NCBI RefSeq assembly: GCF_000186885.1
Contig: NC_014972.1
Location: forward strand, 1,410,001-1,442,000
Source: Desulfobulbus propionicus DSM 2032
GTDB taxonomy: Bacteria > Desulfobacterota > Desulfobulbia > Desulfobulbales > Desulfobulbaceae
Length of the DNA stretch: 32,000 nt
Direction: 5' to 3'
Part shown: positions 31,301 to 32,000 of the stretch, piece after piece
How positions within the stretch are numbered: position 1 is the first letter of the stretch
How the letters are laid out: each line of letters opens with the position of its first letter
Position numbers and translations under genes: made by a program
The notes under the pieces: model-generated
Seen by the model: only the letters and a program-made list of their open reading frames with translations
The model's database searches: none
Told to the model about the DNA's origin: nothing

Positions 31301-31314
31301 TGCAATGCATTGCA
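31301..31314. promoter_or_regulatory. 14-nt perfect palindrome TGCAATGCATTGCA upstream of acr3, overlapping a possible -35
   Basis: Palindrome visible. On the minus strand TTGCAC-N17-CATTAT lies between it and the acr3 start. Confidence 0.4.
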
Positions 31315-31475
31315 TTGACGATACGATCATTTTTTAATCCGCCTGGGCGGATGCGTCAATCCCAAACAAGAATAGACTAGATGGAGGTTAGAGGAAGATG
31401 GGGATTTGATCAGAAAAGCGTTTGCCGGTTGTATTTTGAGGTTCGAGGAACGCCTCGCGCAGTCTAAATAAAAAG

Positions 31476-31506
31476 CAAACGGGCTACCAGATGGGCAGCC
31501 CGTTTG
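31476..31506 (-). terminator. Rho-independent terminator of the molybdoenzyme gene
   Basis: CAAACGGGCT-N11-AGCCCGTTTG 10-bp stem followed on the minus strand by CTTTTTATTT. Confidence 0.8.
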
Positions 31507-31527
31507 TACAGTGATTGATGAAAGAGA

Positions 31528-32000
31528 TTACACTTTGATCAGTTTCACCCTGGTGTCATAAAAAGACACGCTGCCGCCAACTTTGTCGATCATGCAGGTG
31601 TTCTTCAGATGAGGATCGACCCACATGGCGGCATTGGCATGGACGCCGCCGGCCCGCTTTTTGTCGCCCTTGACAAGTTTGCCGTCAATGGTCACATCCA
31701 CAGCCCCCGAATCCCAATGACCATGGCCCAGAGTAAAGGTAACCACTCCGGGGCGGATGGTCTCAGTCACTTGGACCTTACCGATCATCGGCTTCTTGTT
31801 GCCATTGCCCAGATCCCAGACACCATCCGGATTGGTGGCCGAAACCACCTTGACCTGGTCGCCGGTCTTCACCCCCAGCTTCTTGGCGTCGCCAGTGTGG
31901 AGGATAATCGCGTTCTCCGGCATGAGGTCGGTGAGATAGGGCATGGTGATGGTCCGCGCCTTGGTGTGGCGGATATCGCGCTGGGTGATCAGATGGAGCG
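31528..32000 (-). CDS. molybdopterin-dependent oxidoreductase, C-terminal part (5' end outside the window)
   Basis: Frame open upstream: LHLITQRDIRHTKARTITMPYLTDLMPENAIILHTGDAKKLGVKTGDQVKVVSATNPDG...; molydopterin dinucleotide-binding-like fold. Confidence 0.75.
   Translation of the reverse strand, partial: LHLITQRDIRHTKARTITMPYLTDLMPENAIILHTGDAKKLGVKTGDQVKVVSATNPDGVWDLGNGNKKPMIGKVQVTETIRPGVVTFTLGHGHWDSGAVDVTIDGKLVKGDKKRAGGVHANAAMWVDPHLKNTCMIDKVGGSVSFYDTRVKLIKV

Overview
The window looks like a metalloid (arsenic) and thiol-redox region of a deltaproteobacterium-like genome; the taxonomy is inferred from gene content only. Left edge: end of a pqiB/mlaD-like (MCE) gene, a pqiC-like lipoprotein, a decayed SulP permease fragment, a hypothetical protein, and a very long intergenic hairpin. 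Next is a leftward cluster running arsR > ArsP-type permease > mini-thioredoxin > arsM > radical SAM/SPASM protein > thiolase. A second unit follows: a VKOR-thioredoxin fusion divergent from arsR > permease > mini-thioredoxin > DGC Cys-rich protein > secreted thioredoxin > CcdA > universal stress protein. Then come a triple-rhodanese lipoprotein, a CDF cation exporter and two more exported rhodaneses. A complete N-ATPase-type operon (atpDCQRBEFAG) follows, then a third permease/arsR pair, a small membrane protein with paired CxxC motifs, arsA, two arsC genes, acr3, and the C-terminus of a molybdopterin oxidoreductase. The most interesting observation is at 18222-18524. The supplied ORF ends at TGA 18423-18425 in a BFD/CopZ-like [2Fe-2S] protein, exactly where a Cys-Cys pair is expected (NPKGR-TGA-CLADV). 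The frame stays open for 32 more codons, and an 8-bp hairpin with apical loop AGGU starts 11 nt after the TGA. This strongly suggests a missed selenoprotein with a bacterial SECIS element, directly upstream of atpD.
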